From the NCBI GenBank assembly GCA_035285125.1, contig JAYKHR010000045.1, positions 1 through 64,000 of the forward strand: a stretch of DNA of 64,000 nucleotides, read 5' to 3'. Both the position numbers and the translations under genes were made by a program. The notes below the pieces were generated by a model. The model saw nothing but the letters and a program-made list of their open reading frames with translations. It was not told the origin of the DNA and made no database searches. Positions within the stretch are counted from its first letter, which is position 1. Every line of letters begins with the position of its first letter. Source of the stretch: Candidatus Sericytochromatia bacterium (GTDB lineage: Bacteria > Cyanobacteriota > Sericytochromatia > S15B-MN24 > JAQBPE01). Shown here in pieces: positions 1-9,665 of this stretch.

Positions 1-117
1 CAGGTTACCTACGCGTTACTCACCCGTCCGCCACTAAGCATTGCTGCTTCGTTCGACTTGCATGTGTTAAGCACGCCGCCAGCGTTCGTCCTGAGCCAGG
101 ATCAAACTCTCCAAGAA
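1..117 (-). rRNA. rrs: 16S rRNA gene, 5' end (runs off the window start)
   Basis: Reverse complement reads AGAGTTTGATCCTGGCTCAG (27F site, 91-110), then GACGAACGCTGGCGGCGTGCTTAACACATGCAAGTCGAACG...GGCGGACGGGTGAGTAACGCG. The 5' end is placed by analogy to E. coli numbering. Confidence 0.98.
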
Positions 118-217
118 ATATTCTCGGTGAGTCAGCTTCAACTCGCGTTGAAGGCTAGCTCTCTTTTTGCTCTCTTCTTGAATCGACAAGAGCTTGGTGC
201 GTTCGCTTGGCTATTCA

Positions 218-230
218 GTTGTCAAGGTCC
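218..230 (-). promoter_or_regulatory. boxA-like antitermination element in the rRNA leader
   Basis: GGACCTTGACAAC on the - strand between the rrn promoter and the 16S gene, resembling rrn boxA in sequence and position. Confidence 0.6.
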
Positions 231-301
231 TGATATACCGGGCGGTTAACTGTTCCTTGGGGAACCCTTGGTCCAGGCTTAACTTTGCTCGGTGGATTTT
301 T

Positions 302-330
302 ATGATGACAGACCTGGCCGGCACTGTCAA
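302..330 (-). promoter_or_regulatory. sigma70-type rRNA operon promoter
   Basis: TTGACA (330-325), 17-nt spacer, CATCAT (307-302) on the - strand upstream of 16S. Confidence 0.75.
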
Positions 331-370
331 CCCACAACATCAAAAAGCGGGGTGGCCAGATCCGTGCTGG

Positions 371-1174
371 TCAGCCTTCCGCGGCGGGGCCCTTGCCCGC
401 TCGCCGCAGCACCTCGAAGGCCACGAAGCTCGCCACGTCCTCGGCAAAGGTCCCAGGGCCGAAGCCGGCGTCAAAGCCGAGCTCGGTGGCAAGCTGGTGC
501 GAGATGCGGGGCCCCCCCGCAATCAGCACGAGGCCGTCGCGGAGACCTTCCGCCTCCAGCATCTCCACAAGCTGGGTCATGTTGGTGATATGGGCGTTCT
601 TCTGCGTGACGATCTGAGACACCAGCAAGGCGTCCGCCTGCTCGGCACGCGCACGCGCGACGAGGACCTCGTTGGGCACCTGCGCGCCCATGTTGATCGC
701 GTTGAACATGCGGTACCGCTCGAGGCCATAGTGGCCGCCGTATCCTTTCATGTTCATGATGGCGTCGATCCCCACGGTGTGGGCGTCCGTGCCGATGCAC
801 GCCCCAATGACGGTGAGGGGGCGCCCGAGTTCGCGTTCGACGAGGGCATCCACGCCGTCCATGTCCAGCACCGGGAACCGGGCGAGCGGAACGTCAATGG
901 ACGCGTAGTCCACGGCGATCGGGCAGCGGGCGTAGGCGACAAACATGGTGAGGCCCGGCCCCATGCTTTCCATGGCTGTGACGAGGGGCTCTTCAAGGCC
1001 CAGCCGCGCCAGCAGGATCTTCGCAGCCTCCTCGGCCTGGCGTCCGGCCGGCACCGGCAGACAGAAGCTGAACTGCATGGCGCCGTCATCGAGCGTGTCG
1101 CCATAGGCCTTCACGGCCCGAAGGTTGACGGGCGCCGGGGCGGCACCGCGGTTGGAGCTGGCGGACGTCTTCAT
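371..1174 (-). CDS. kamE: D-lysine 5,6-aminomutase beta subunit (cobalamin-binding)
   Basis: N-terminal KAYGDTLDDGAMQFSFCLP, B12 motif DAHTVG, PLP-binding lysine in MNMKGY, C-terminal GFDAGFGPG. ATG at 1174 follows a GGAGG RBS. Confidence 0.93.
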   Translation of the reverse strand: MKTSASSNRGAAPAPVNLRAVKAYGDTLDDGAMQFSFCLPVPAGRQAEEAAKILLARLGLEEPLVTAMESMGPGLTMFVAYARCPIAVDYASIDVPLARFPVLDMDGVDALVERELGRPLTVIGACIGTDAHTVGIDAIMNMKGYGGHYGLERYRMFNAINMGAQVPNEVLVARARAEQADALLVSQIVTQKNAHITNMTQLVEMLEAEGLRDGLVLIAGGPRISHQLATELGFDAGFGPGTFAEDVASFVAFEVLRRAGKGPAAEG

Positions 1175-1194
1175 GGCGAGCCCTCCTGGAGCCT

Positions 1195-2763
1195 TCAAGC
1201 CGGGACCGGCCTGCTGGTGGCCCGACGCTCGAGCTCAGCCCAGAAGGGGTTGTGGTAATCCGGCGCCTTTTTGAACACCCCCTCCAGGCCCTTGCCTCCC
1301 TCGGGCAACCGCTTCACGTCGGCGAAACAGCCCTCGCCGAGGGCCGCCACGAGCCCGACCTCATCGATGTGCCGGAGCTGGGCCACGGCCTCGCGCAGCA
1401 CCAGGTCGGCCCGCCGCGCGATGCGACCATCCGCGCTGAGGTCGAACTCGCCGACCAGGTCCCGCGAGAAGTTTTCGATGTAGGTCATGTTGCGAAGCGC
1501 CAGGTAGCGGTCGGCCACGAAGGGAGTGTGGATGGCCTCGGTAAGGATGCCCAGGAGACAGATCGACTGCCGAGTGAGCACGGTGGCGAGGTTGTACATC
1601 GTCTGGTGGGCATAGGACTGGAAGATGTTGCCCGTGATGTGCTTGGTGGGCGGCATGTACTTCAAGGGGTGGTCCGGGAAGACCTGCCGCACCAGCTGGG
1701 CCATCGCGAGTTCGTCAAGGAACCCGTTTTCCCGCGTCGGGTCGATTTCGAAGGCGTGGCCGAGCCCCATCAGGTGGGTGGGAATCCCTGCCTCGAGGGC
1801 GAACCGCTCGTTGATGAACTGGCTCGCCAGCACGGTGTGTCCCGCCTCGATGGCATCGGCCGTGGTGAGGTAGTTGTCCTCCCCCGTGTTGATAAGAATG
1901 CCTGCAAATCCGTTGACCAGGCGCGAGAAGTACTGGTCGGTGAGCGTGCGGTACAGGTTGATGTCGCGGAACAGGATGCCGTAAAGCGCATCGTTGAGGA
2001 GCATGTCCAGCCCTTCCTGGGCAGCCAGCACGGAAATCTCGGGCATGCAGAGGCCTGAGGCATAGTTGGTGGCCTGCACGTAGCGCCCCAGCTCTTCGGA
2101 GACCTCGTCCAGGGCCTCCCGCAGCAGCCTGAAGTTGGCTGCCGTGGCGTAGGTGCCGCCAGAGCCTTCGGCCGTCGTGCCGTGGGGCACGAAGTCCAGC
2201 AGGCTCTGGGCCGTCGCACGGATGACGGCGATGATGTCGGCGCCCTGCTTGGCGGCCGCCACAGCCTGCGGCACGTCCTCATGGATGTTGCCTGTGGCCA
2301 CGATGAGGTAGCGCAGCGGCGCTGGCCCCTGCCCGAGCCGGTCCCGCCGCGCAGCCCGGGCACGCCGGGCCTCCGCCAGCGCGTCGAGGGCGCCGTGAAC
2401 CCGCACCGCAACCCAGGCCTCGCGAGCCTCGTCGGAGACCTCAAGCGTCGCCCAGGCCTCAACGGGCGCGGTGGCAATGAACTCGGCGGCAGCCTGGGGC
2501 TCGAGGCCCTTCGCAAGGCAAACGGCAGCCAGCCAATGACACACCCCGCGAGGCAGCAGGCCAGCCGCCTGCACCGCATCAACGGTGCGGTTCGGCCACG
2601 GCACGTCCTCAACGTCGACCCCGTCCACCGCCAGCAACCGCAGGGCCGCGCGCTCGATCGAGACCGTGGAGTGCGCCCGGATGTAGTCCATCACCCGGTC
2701 CACGATGCGGCTCGCAAGCCCCCGGGCGTCCTCGACCAAGGTCCTGTCGATGGGCAGGTGCAT
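1195..2763 (-). CDS. kamD: D-lysine 5,6-aminomutase alpha subunit
   Basis: IVATGNIHED, GADIIAVIRATAQSLLD, NYASGLCMPE, INTGEDNY, KYMPPTK motifs; directly upstream of kamE. ATG at 2763 follows GGAGGGA. Confidence 0.93.
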   Translation of the reverse strand: MHLPIDRTLVEDARGLASRIVDRVMDYIRAHSTVSIERAALRLLAVDGVDVEDVPWPNRTVDAVQAAGLLPRGVCHWLAAVCLAKGLEPQAAAEFIATAPVEAWATLEVSDEAREAWVAVRVHGALDALAEARRARAARRDRLGQGPAPLRYLIVATGNIHEDVPQAVAAAKQGADIIAVIRATAQSLLDFVPHGTTAEGSGGTYATAANFRLLREALDEVSEELGRYVQATNYASGLCMPEISVLAAQEGLDMLLNDALYGILFRDINLYRTLTDQYFSRLVNGFAGILINTGEDNYLTTADAIEAGHTVLASQFINERFALEAGIPTHLMGLGHAFEIDPTRENGFLDELAMAQLVRQVFPDHPLKYMPPTKHITGNIFQSYAHQTMYNLATVLTRQSICLLGILTEAIHTPFVADRYLALRNMTYIENFSRDLVGEFDLSADGRIARRADLVLREAVAQLRHIDEVGLVAALGEGCFADVKRLPEGGKGLEGVFKKAPDYHNPFWAELERRATSRPVPA

Positions 2764-2997
2764 GGCTTCCCTCCGGACGGACAAGGCGCCTCGCGCGACG
2801 TTGCGCGTCGACGCTCCGGGCGTCAGGCCACATTTTAAGCCGCACGCAGCCCTTTTGGAAAGGCTTCGGTGGCCTGGCGCGGGGCTGGCGCCCGCACCAA
2901 AAAATTGCCGACTTGACACCGATTATCCGGTTATGGAAACATCGGGGGCGGTCCATTGTATGTCGCCTCTTGCTTCCCCACGCCCCGCGAGCCTCCG

Positions 2998-3552
2998 ATG
3001 TCTCTCCGGTATGCCATCCTCAGCTTGCTGTCCAGGGATGCCCTGACGGGCTACGACCTCACGAAGCGGTTCGAGACCATGGTGGGGTTCTTCTGGGCGG
3101 CCAAGCACAGCCAGATCTACCCCGAGCTCGCCCAGCTGAGCCTGGAAGGCCTCGTGACTTACGAGGTGATCACCCAGGTCTCGAAGCCAAACAAGAAGGT
3201 GTACACGCTGACGCGCGACGGGCGGGCATCCCTGGAAGCCTGGGTCGCGAGCGACGCGGAGCGGCGCTCGGTCAAGGACCCCCTCCTGATGCGGATCTGG
3301 TCTCTCGGCGCGCTGCCGCCGCAGGCAGGCCTCGCCCGCCTGCGGGCCCTCCAGACCGAGCTCGCGCAGCGGCTCGAGCAGGTCGAGGAGGCACTGGAGG
3401 GGCTCGCGGCTCCCTCCAGCGCGGGCGATCGTGCCCTTGGCATGCGGCTGGTGCTCGACCTGGGGCGCCGCCAGTACGACCTCTACAACGAGTGGACGGC
3501 GCAGGCCATCGCGACGCTGGAGCAGGCCGTGGCCACGGAGCCGCTCAGCTGA
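2998..3552 (+). CDS. PadR-family transcriptional regulator with Vir_act_alpha_C-type C-terminus
   Basis: MSLRYAILSLL...TGYDL...FFWAAKHSQIYPEL...KKVYTLT..GR..L..W winged-helix signature. Confidence 0.9.
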   Translation: MSLRYAILSLLSRDALTGYDLTKRFETMVGFFWAAKHSQIYPELAQLSLEGLVTYEVITQVSKPNKKVYTLTRDGRASLEAWVASDAERRSVKDPLLMRIWSLGALPPQAGLARLRALQTELAQRLEQVEEALEGLAAPSSAGDRALGMRLVLDLGRRQYDLYNEWTAQAIATLEQAVATEPLS

Positions 3553-4573
3553 GGCCCGGCTCCGTCCGGCAGACATCGATCACGGGAAGCTCTGGGAAGG
3601 CGTCCTGAAGCCTGGCGCGCAGCCCGTCGGACTCCACCTCGCGGCCGTCGGGGGCCGTCGGATTCACCGTGATGGCAACGGCGCGCAGCGGTTGCAGCGC
3701 AAAGCAGGCCTGGCCCCTTGCGGCCAGCCGCTCCAGCAGGGCCCGCGAGGCCAGGACGTGGGTCCCGGCAGGCACGATCAGGTCAACAGGGCGGCGCAGG
3801 GCCAGCAAGACCTCCACCAGCCCGTCAGCCAGAGCGCCCGGGACATACAGCGCACGGGCGGAGTCGGGGAGCCAGGCCCCCAGGCGTTCCAGCCCGGCCA
3901 TAAAGGACGGGCCCTCCCAAGGCTGGAAACCGTGGTCCGTGATCGCGCCAGGCGCCTGATGCGCGCGGCAAGCCTCGGTCCAGCTGGCACGCGGGGCCGG
4001 GAGCGACAGCCTCGCCAGCACGGCGCGCGTCTCCTCCACGACCCCCTGCGGAGACTCCGCCAGCACGAGCCCGGTCGCCAGCACGAAGCCGTCGACGCCG
4101 GAGGCAATGAAGGCCCGACGATCGGCCGCGCCATCCAGCAGGATCTTGGTGCAGCCCAGCGAGGCCAGCTGTCCGAGCAGCGCAGCGGCCTCTCGGACCT
4201 TCACCGGGCCGGCAACCTCCACGAAGCCAGGATGCACCACACGGTAGATCCCAACCGGCCCCAGGGCCGTTCGGAAGGGCGTGGTGGCAACAGGCTCCAG
4301 GGTGGCCTGCGAGTACAGGGCAGACTCGTGCGACGTGGCCACCAGGGAGCCCACGGGGGGCTTGATGCGGGGCTTCGGCCTGTTGGTGATCTGATCGACA
4401 GCCTCGCCGTCGCGGCCCACGGAAGACAGCCCAAGCCGCTCACCGGCAAGCCCGAAGTGGGCGACGAGGTGGTTCAAGGCCGTCGTCTTGCCGGCGTTCT
4501 TGGCTGTCCCCGCAACCGCGAGGCTGCGGAGGTCGGCGCAGGCGGAGGCGAGCTTGGGCGCGGCGGTGGTCAT
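3545..4573 (-). CDS. kamB: KamB-like lysine 5,6-aminomutase reactivase subunit
   Basis: P-loop-like GTAKNAGKTTALN, SSVGRDGE, TNRPKPRI, LLDGAADR and C-terminal ITVNPTAP; lies next to kamDE. Confidence 0.75.
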   Translation of the reverse strand: MTTAAPKLASACADLRSLAVAGTAKNAGKTTALNHLVAHFGLAGERLGLSSVGRDGEAVDQITNRPKPRIKPPVGSLVATSHESALYSQATLEPVATTPFRTALGPVGIYRVVHPGFVEVAGPVKVREAAALLGQLASLGCTKILLDGAADRRAFIASGVDGFVLATGLVLAESPQGVVEETRAVLARLSLPAPRASWTEACRAHQAPGAITDHGFQPWEGPSFMAGLERLGAWLPDSARALYVPGALADGLVEVLLALRRPVDLIVPAGTHVLASRALLERLAARGQACFALQPLRAVAITVNPTAPDGREVESDGLRARLQDAFPELPVIDVCRTEPGLS

Positions 4574-5580
4574 GGCGCTTCGACAGGCGCAACCAGGCCC
4601 AGTTGCTGCCGCACGGCCTCCTCACAGGCTGGAATGACGGCGGCGACGGCAGCCTCCAGGTCAGAGCCGTGGCGCGCCCCGGCCGCAAACAGGTGGCCGC
4701 CACCACCAAACTGCTTGGCGATGACGTTCACGGCAACACGCCCCTTGGAGCGGAGGCTGATCTTCACGCCCCCCTTGGCCGATTCCTTGAACAGGACATA
4801 GACCTCGCCGCCGCGGATCTTGGGGAGGTGCTGCGTGAGCAGCTCCGTGGGCTGGTCGGCATCCGCGGCCTGCGCGAGCAGGGCACGGGTCAGGCAGGCG
4901 TATACGACCTTGCCATCGAGGCTGGTCCGCAGCCCTGCCAGGCCCTCGCCGTAGACCTGCAGGTCTCGCAGGCCCACCTGCTCGTGGAGCTCCCTGTTGA
5001 CCTCATCGGGGCGCGCCCCGGCGGCCACCAGACGGGCAACCTCGGCAAACAGGGCGGCATCGCACCTGTCCGTGATGAAGCCGCCCCGGGTGTCGAACAG
5101 GATGCCGGTGAACAGGCACGTGGCCGTCTCCGGGTCGAGGTCGATGCCGAGGTGAGGCTGCAACTGGGCCACAATCAGGGAGGTCGCAGCCGCCCGGGTG
5201 TCCACATAGATCCACTCGGCGAACCGCCCGTTGTCGAGGTGGTGATCGAGGTTCAGCCACGTCGGCCAGTCGCGCGTCGTCTCGATCTGGCGGTGGCGCT
5301 CGCCCCCGTCGAGAAACAGCAGCTTCCACTCTCGCGCATCCGGGGGAAGCTCCCGGCTCACCGGGAAGCAGCGCGTCAGGAAGGTGCAGTTGCCGGGCAC
5401 CGGCTCGTCGCAAAAGACGACGGCCTGCTTACCCAACCGCGTGAGGAGGCGGGCCAGCGCGAGGGTGGAGCCGAAGGCGTCCGGATCCGGGGCGATGTGG
5501 GGCACGATCAAGAAGCGGTCATGGGACCGCAACAGCTCGGCCACCTGCCCCAACCCGGCCACGTTGCTCACCGAATCCAC
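4570..5580 (-). CDS. nrnA: DHH/DHHA1 phosphoesterase (NrnA-like oligoribonuclease / pAp phosphatase)
   Basis: HIAPDPDAFGS, LDHH, GILFDT, SLRS, GGGGHLFAAG motifs. GTG start inferred after GAGGAGGA. Confidence 0.85.
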   Translation of the reverse strand: MDSVSNVAGLGQVAELLRSHDRFLIVPHIAPDPDAFGSTLALARLLTRLGKQAVVFCDEPVPGNCTFLTRCFPVSRELPPDAREWKLLFLDGGERHRQIETTRDWPTWLNLDHHLDNGRFAEWIYVDTRAAATSLIVAQLQPHLGIDLDPETATCLFTGILFDTRGGFITDRCDAALFAEVARLVAAGARPDEVNRELHEQVGLRDLQVYGEGLAGLRTSLDGKVVYACLTRALLAQAADADQPTELLTQHLPKIRGGEVYVLFKESAKGGVKISLRSKGRVAVNVIAKQFGGGGHLFAAGARHGSDLEAAVAAVIPACEEAVRQQLGLVAPVEAP

Positions 5581-5684
5581 GCGCGTGTCCTCCTCGTCCG
5601 GGCACCGCCCCGCCCGAGATCTTAACAGGTTTCCAGCGGCCCGGAGCCGTGGCATGCTGCAGGTGTGCCGATGGGAGGCTGACC

Positions 5685-6410
5685 ATGCTGCCACTCCGCG
5701 ACGAAAACCCACGCCGCACCACCCCGTGGGTGACCTATGGCCTGCTGGCCGCCAACGTGCTGGCGTTCGCCTATCAACTCACGCTGCCGCAGGCGGCCCT
5801 GGCGAGCCACCTCGCCACGTGGGGACTGGTGCCAGGCGAGCTCATGGCGGCCCTCCAACACCCGGCGGGGTCCACGGTGCTGCTGGAGATGGCGGCGGTG
5901 GTCACCTCTATGTTTTTGCACGGAGGGTGGATGCATATTGGAGGCAACATGCTGTTCCTCCACATCTTTGGCGACAACATCGAGGACGAGTTCGGCCACC
6001 TGCGCTACGCGCTGTTCTACCTGGCCTGCGGGGTCGCCGCGGGCCTGGCCCAGGTCGCGACGGCTCCCGGCAGCGAGGTGCCTGTCGTGGGGGCCAGCGG
6101 GGCCATCAGCGGGGTGCTGGGGGCTTACATGGTGCTCCACCCCACGGCGCGCGTCGTCACCCTGCTGTTCCTGGGCTTCTTCATCACGCACCTTCGCGTG
6201 CCTGCCTTCGTATTCCTGGGCCTCTGGTTCGCCTTGCAGTCCTTCAACGGCCTCGCGAGCCTCGGCGCGCCCGACGCCGGCGGCGGCGTCGCCTGGTTTG
6301 CCCACGTCGGGGGGTTCGTGGCGGGCATCGCCGCGGGCCTGGCAGCGCGCACCGCGAAGGGTTGGCAAGAGCCCCGACGCCCCCGGAACGAGCCCAGATA
6401 CCGCCGCTGA
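5685..6410 (+). CDS. Rhomboid-family intramembrane serine protease
   Basis: SMFLHGGWMHIGGNMLFL, catalytic GASG, AWFAHVGG; several TM segments. Confidence 0.93.
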   Translation: MLPLRDENPRRTTPWVTYGLLAANVLAFAYQLTLPQAALASHLATWGLVPGELMAALQHPAGSTVLLEMAAVVTSMFLHGGWMHIGGNMLFLHIFGDNIEDEFGHLRYALFYLACGVAAGLAQVATAPGSEVPVVGASGAISGVLGAYMVLHPTARVVTLLFLGFFITHLRVPAFVFLGLWFALQSFNGLASLGAPDAGGGVAWFAHVGGFVAGIAAGLAARTAKGWQEPRRPRNEPRYRR

Positions 6411-6418
6411 GGGTCGCC

Positions 6419-7543
6419 TCAGCGATTCATGACGTTGAGCGTCAGCGTCACGTTGCTCGTGCCCCCCGGGCCGGTGGCCGTCAGCGTCACCTGGTGGGGG
6501 CCGTTGCCGGACGCGCGGGTGTTCCACGAGAACGCTGGCGCAGCCCCGGAAGCCGTGCCGATGGCGACGCCGTCGACTTCACAGACCACACGCGTGGGTG
6601 CGCCGCCGATGGAGGCCCGGACGGTGGTCCGCCCTCCCACGATGGCGCCATCCGCCGGGGCGACCGAGTGGAACGACACGGGCCCCACCGGCGCAGCGTG
6701 CGCCAGCATCGCCTGGCGGGCCTGCTGGCGAACGGCAGGCGGTACGTCCAACGGAGCCACGGGGGCGCGCCTGGCAGGCTGGTCCGGGACGGGTTCGGCC
6801 ATCGACACGCGACGCTGACTTCGCAACTGCGCCATCATCGCCCGCTCCTGCGGCGAGAACTCCGAGGACTTCAGGCGCTGAAGCGCGGCGGTGGCTGGGT
6901 CCGGCCCCTCAGCCACGGGGTGCTTCAGGCGATGAGCCCACCACCCGCCCCCCAAGACCACGAGCAAGACCAATCCGCCCCGCTGGGCCCACGCGCGACG
7001 CTGCTGCCCCGCTTCCCGTCGGCTTTCCTCTGCCGCGCCCGGGATGGTGAAGGCCTGCCGTCTGGCCTCCTCGTTATGCTGGGCACACAACCCACAAAAC
7101 CCCACGGTGTTGAGGCACGCCGGACAGCAGGGCCGACGACACGTGCTGCAGGAGGCCTCCGCCCGGATATCCCGGTGCCGGAAGCAGTACACCACGTCAG
7201 CTCGAGGGGCGGCAGCCGCTCGCTCCGCCCTTTGCGGCACAGGCCTGATGCCGGGCGCCCCAGGGATCGGCGGCGCCTGCCGGGGACCGCCCGGCGCGGA
7301 GCCGTCCCTGCGAGGAGCGGGCCCTGCAGGCTCGGGCCGGCTGAGCTCGCCCCCCCCAACCTGCTCCGACCGCTGCTGGGTCGCCGCCCGTCCACCGCTG
7401 GCATCGGCCTGCGTCGGCCGGGTGCATCGAACGCACAGCCCGCGCTCCCCCACGTCACGGCACGTCGCACACACGGGCTGCTTGCAGCCGAGGCATCGGG
7501 CCACCGCACGCGAGCGGGAGTGGTAAGCACACTTGTCTTCCAC
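6419..7543 (-). CDS. Membrane protein with two B-box-like zinc fingers, one TM helix and a C-terminal Ig-like domain
   Basis: CAYH..CLGC..CATC..CVRC and CFRH..CSTC..CPAC..CGLC; TM GLVLLVVLGGGWW; bacterial Ig-like tail (VDGVAIG...FSWNT...NGPHQVTLTATG). Confidence 0.75.
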   Translation of the reverse strand: MEDKCAYHSRSRAVARCLGCKQPVCATCRDVGERGLCVRCTRPTQADASGGRAATQQRSEQVGGGELSRPEPAGPAPRRDGSAPGGPRQAPPIPGAPGIRPVPQRAERAAAAPRADVVYCFRHRDIRAEASCSTCRRPCCPACLNTVGFCGLCAQHNEEARRQAFTIPGAAEESRREAGQQRRAWAQRGGLVLLVVLGGGWWAHRLKHPVAEGPDPATAALQRLKSSEFSPQERAMMAQLRSQRRVSMAEPVPDQPARRAPVAPLDVPPAVRQQARQAMLAHAAPVGPVSFHSVAPADGAIVGGRTTVRASIGGAPTRVVCEVDGVAIGTASGAAPAFSWNTRASGNGPHQVTLTATGPGGTSNVTLTLNVMNR

Positions 7544-7627
7544 GGAGCGGCAAGCCTCCTCGAGGTGGGCGCCCGGGCGCCACCCTTCCCATATACCAAG
7601 GAAGCCAGGTGTCCTAGCAGCACACCG

Positions 7628-8632
7628 TCACCGGGACGGCGAATCTCCGCGGGCGCGCCGTGCAGCCTCCGCCGCGCGCAAGGCGGCACGCTCCGCACGG
7701 TGGTCGATGTGCACGGGCGCGCCGCGTTCGGTGAACGGCACCTCGATCCGATCGAGGTCGCTGGGCAGGACCACGCGCGGGTTCACGGCCCGCGCCTCCG
7801 CGAGCAGCTCCCGCGCCGAGTGGCGGAAGCTGATGTGGGTGAGGGCCAGCAGCCCCACGCCTGCCTCGAGCGCCAAGGCTGCCGCCTCCCGGGCGGTCGA
7901 GTGGTAGGTCTCGCGGGCCCGCTCGAGGGTCTCGTCGGCGAAGGTCGCATCATGGACGAGCACGTCAGCCCCCACGGAAGCCTGCAGGACCTCGTCACAG
8001 GGCCGCGTGTCGCCGGTGACGACGAGCTTGCGCCCTGGCCTCGCGGCCCCCATGACCTGCTCGGGCAGCACGAGGCCGTGCAGCCCAGCCACGGGCGTGC
8101 CCCGCTGGAGCAACCCGAAGCTGGGGCCTGGCTCGACCCCCAGCGCGACGGCCGTCGCGGGATCGAACCGCCCCGGCCTTGCCTCCTCGCGGAAGACCCA
8201 CCCCACGGAGGCCACGCGGTGGTCCGTCCGCACGGCCTCGAGTTCCAGGCCGTCGAGGTGCGTGCGCCAGCCGGCCTCCACCTCGTGGTACGTGACGGGA
8301 AAGCTGATGGCGCCGATGATGCGCTTGAACATGGTCACCATGGCGTGCAGCCCCTTGGGGCCGTACACGACCACGGGCTCCTGACGCCCCCACAACTCCC
8401 ACGTCTTGAGCATGCCAGGCAGGCCGAGGTAGTGATCCGTGTGCATGTGCGTCAGCGCGACGACGTCGATCTGGTTGATGCCCACCCCGGCACGCATCAG
8501 CTGACGCTGGGTCCCCTCGCCGCAGTCGACAAGCACGCCCGCCCCACCCCGCCGAACGAGGGTGGAGGAGAGGCCGCGCTCTGGGGTGGGAACGGCGCCG
8601 GAGGTGCCGAGGAAAACGAGGCCGAACTCCAT
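7628..8632 (-). CDS. rnz: Ribonuclease Z
   Basis: FLGTSGAVPT, DCGEGTQRQ, THMHTDH (HxHxDH), exosite GVEPGP, TGDTRP, HDATF, HST, LTHIS. Confidence 0.93.
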   Translation of the reverse strand: MEFGLVFLGTSGAVPTPERGLSSTLVRRGGAGVLVDCGEGTQRQLMRAGVGINQIDVVALTHMHTDHYLGLPGMLKTWELWGRQEPVVVYGPKGLHAMVTMFKRIIGAISFPVTYHEVEAGWRTHLDGLELEAVRTDHRVASVGWVFREEARPGRFDPATAVALGVEPGPSFGLLQRGTPVAGLHGLVLPEQVMGAARPGRKLVVTGDTRPCDEVLQASVGADVLVHDATFADETLERARETYHSTAREAAALALEAGVGLLALTHISFRHSARELLAEARAVNPRVVLPSDLDRIEVPFTERGAPVHIDHRAERAALRAAEAARRARGDSPSR

Positions 8633-8636
8633 GCCG

Positions 8637-9665
8637 TCAGAACTTGAGCGCCCACCGCAGGAATGCGAACAGGAAGGCGGCCAGCGTGGCGGTGATCGGG
8701 ATGGTGAACACCCACGCCAGCACCATGTTGCCGGCCACCCCCCAGCGCACGGCCGACACGCGCTTGGTCGCCCCGACCCCCATGATGGCGCCAGACACGA
8801 CGTGCGTCGTGGAGACCGGCAGCCCGAAGTGGGAGCAGGTGGTGATGGTGAGGGCCGCGGCCGTGTCGGAGGCAAAGCCGTTGATGGGCTGAAGCTTCAC
8901 GATGCGAGTGCCCATGGTCTTGATGATCTTCCAGCCACCTGCGGCCGTGCCCAGGGCCATCGCCGTGGCGGCCGCCAGCATCACGGACCAGGGCACGTGA
9001 AACCCCTCCGCCGGGTTGAGGTAGCCCCCTGAGAACAGGGCCAGGGTGATGATGCCCATGGCCTTCTGGGCGTCGTTGGTGCCGTGGGAGAACGCCATGA
9101 ACGCCGCCGCCACGACCTGCAAGGGACGGAAGATGTTCGTCACGGTGGTGGGCAGCGCCCGCCGGAAGACCCACATCAGCAGCACCATCAAGGTGAACGA
9201 CACGGCGCCACCGACCACGGGGGAGGCTACAAGGAAGACGAAGATCCGCTCCACGCCGACCCAGTTGAGGTAGCCAGGGCCGTACCCCATCAGCGCGGCG
9301 CCGATGAGCCCGCCGATGATGGCGTGGGACGAGGAGCTCGGCAGCCCCCACCACCACGTCAGCAGGTTCCACGTGATGGCCGAGACGAGCGCCGCCACCA
9401 CCACCCACTGGCCCAGGACGGCACCTGACTCGAAAAGCTTGCCGTCGACGATGCCCTTCCCGATGGTCTTGGCGACCTCGGTGCCCCACAGGGCGCCCCC
9501 GAAGTTCAAGACGGCGGCCATGAAGATGGCGTTGCGGGGCGTCAGCACACCGGTCGAGACGGACGCCGCGATGGCGTTGGCGGTGTCGTGGAAGCCGTTG
9601 ATGAAGTCAAAGGCCAGCGCGAGGATCACCACGAGGGTGACGAGCACGAAGAGTTCGTTAAGCAT
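8637..9665 (-). CDS. pit: Inorganic phosphate transporter (PiT family)
   Basis: NGFHDTANAIA, GLPSSSSHA, HGTNDAQK, GLPVSTTH signatures. Confidence 0.95.
   Translation of the reverse strand: MLNELFVLVTLVVILALAFDFINGFHDTANAIAASVSTGVLTPRNAIFMAAVLNFGGALWGTEVAKTIGKGIVDGKLFESGAVLGQWVVVAALVSAITWNLLTWWWGLPSSSSHAIIGGLIGAALMGYGPGYLNWVGVERIFVFLVASPVVGGAVSFTLMVLLMWVFRRALPTTVTNIFRPLQVVAAAFMAFSHGTNDAQKAMGIITLALFSGGYLNPAEGFHVPWSVMLAAATAMALGTAAGGWKIIKTMGTRIVKLQPINGFASDTAAALTITTCSHFGLPVSTTHVVSGAIMGVGATKRVSAVRWGVAGNMVLAWVFTIPITATLAAFLFAFLRWALKF

Noticed and set aside
58..249. 63-aa ORF MHVLSTPPAFVLSQDQTL
   Set aside because: Antisense translation of the 16S rRNA 5' end, a familiar spurious ORF.
2764..2997. 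Cobalamin or lysine riboswitch upstream of kamD
   Set aside because: No B12-box or L-box core is visible. A TAAAAT -10 about 70 nt from the ATG leaves too little leader.
5384..8647. Very long alternative ORFs (this 1087-aa frame; also 32546-35272, 48309-50468, 55974-57962, 44717-46495)
   Set aside because: Shadow frames of well-supported genes. High GC3 suppresses stop codons, and the products have no recognisable motifs.
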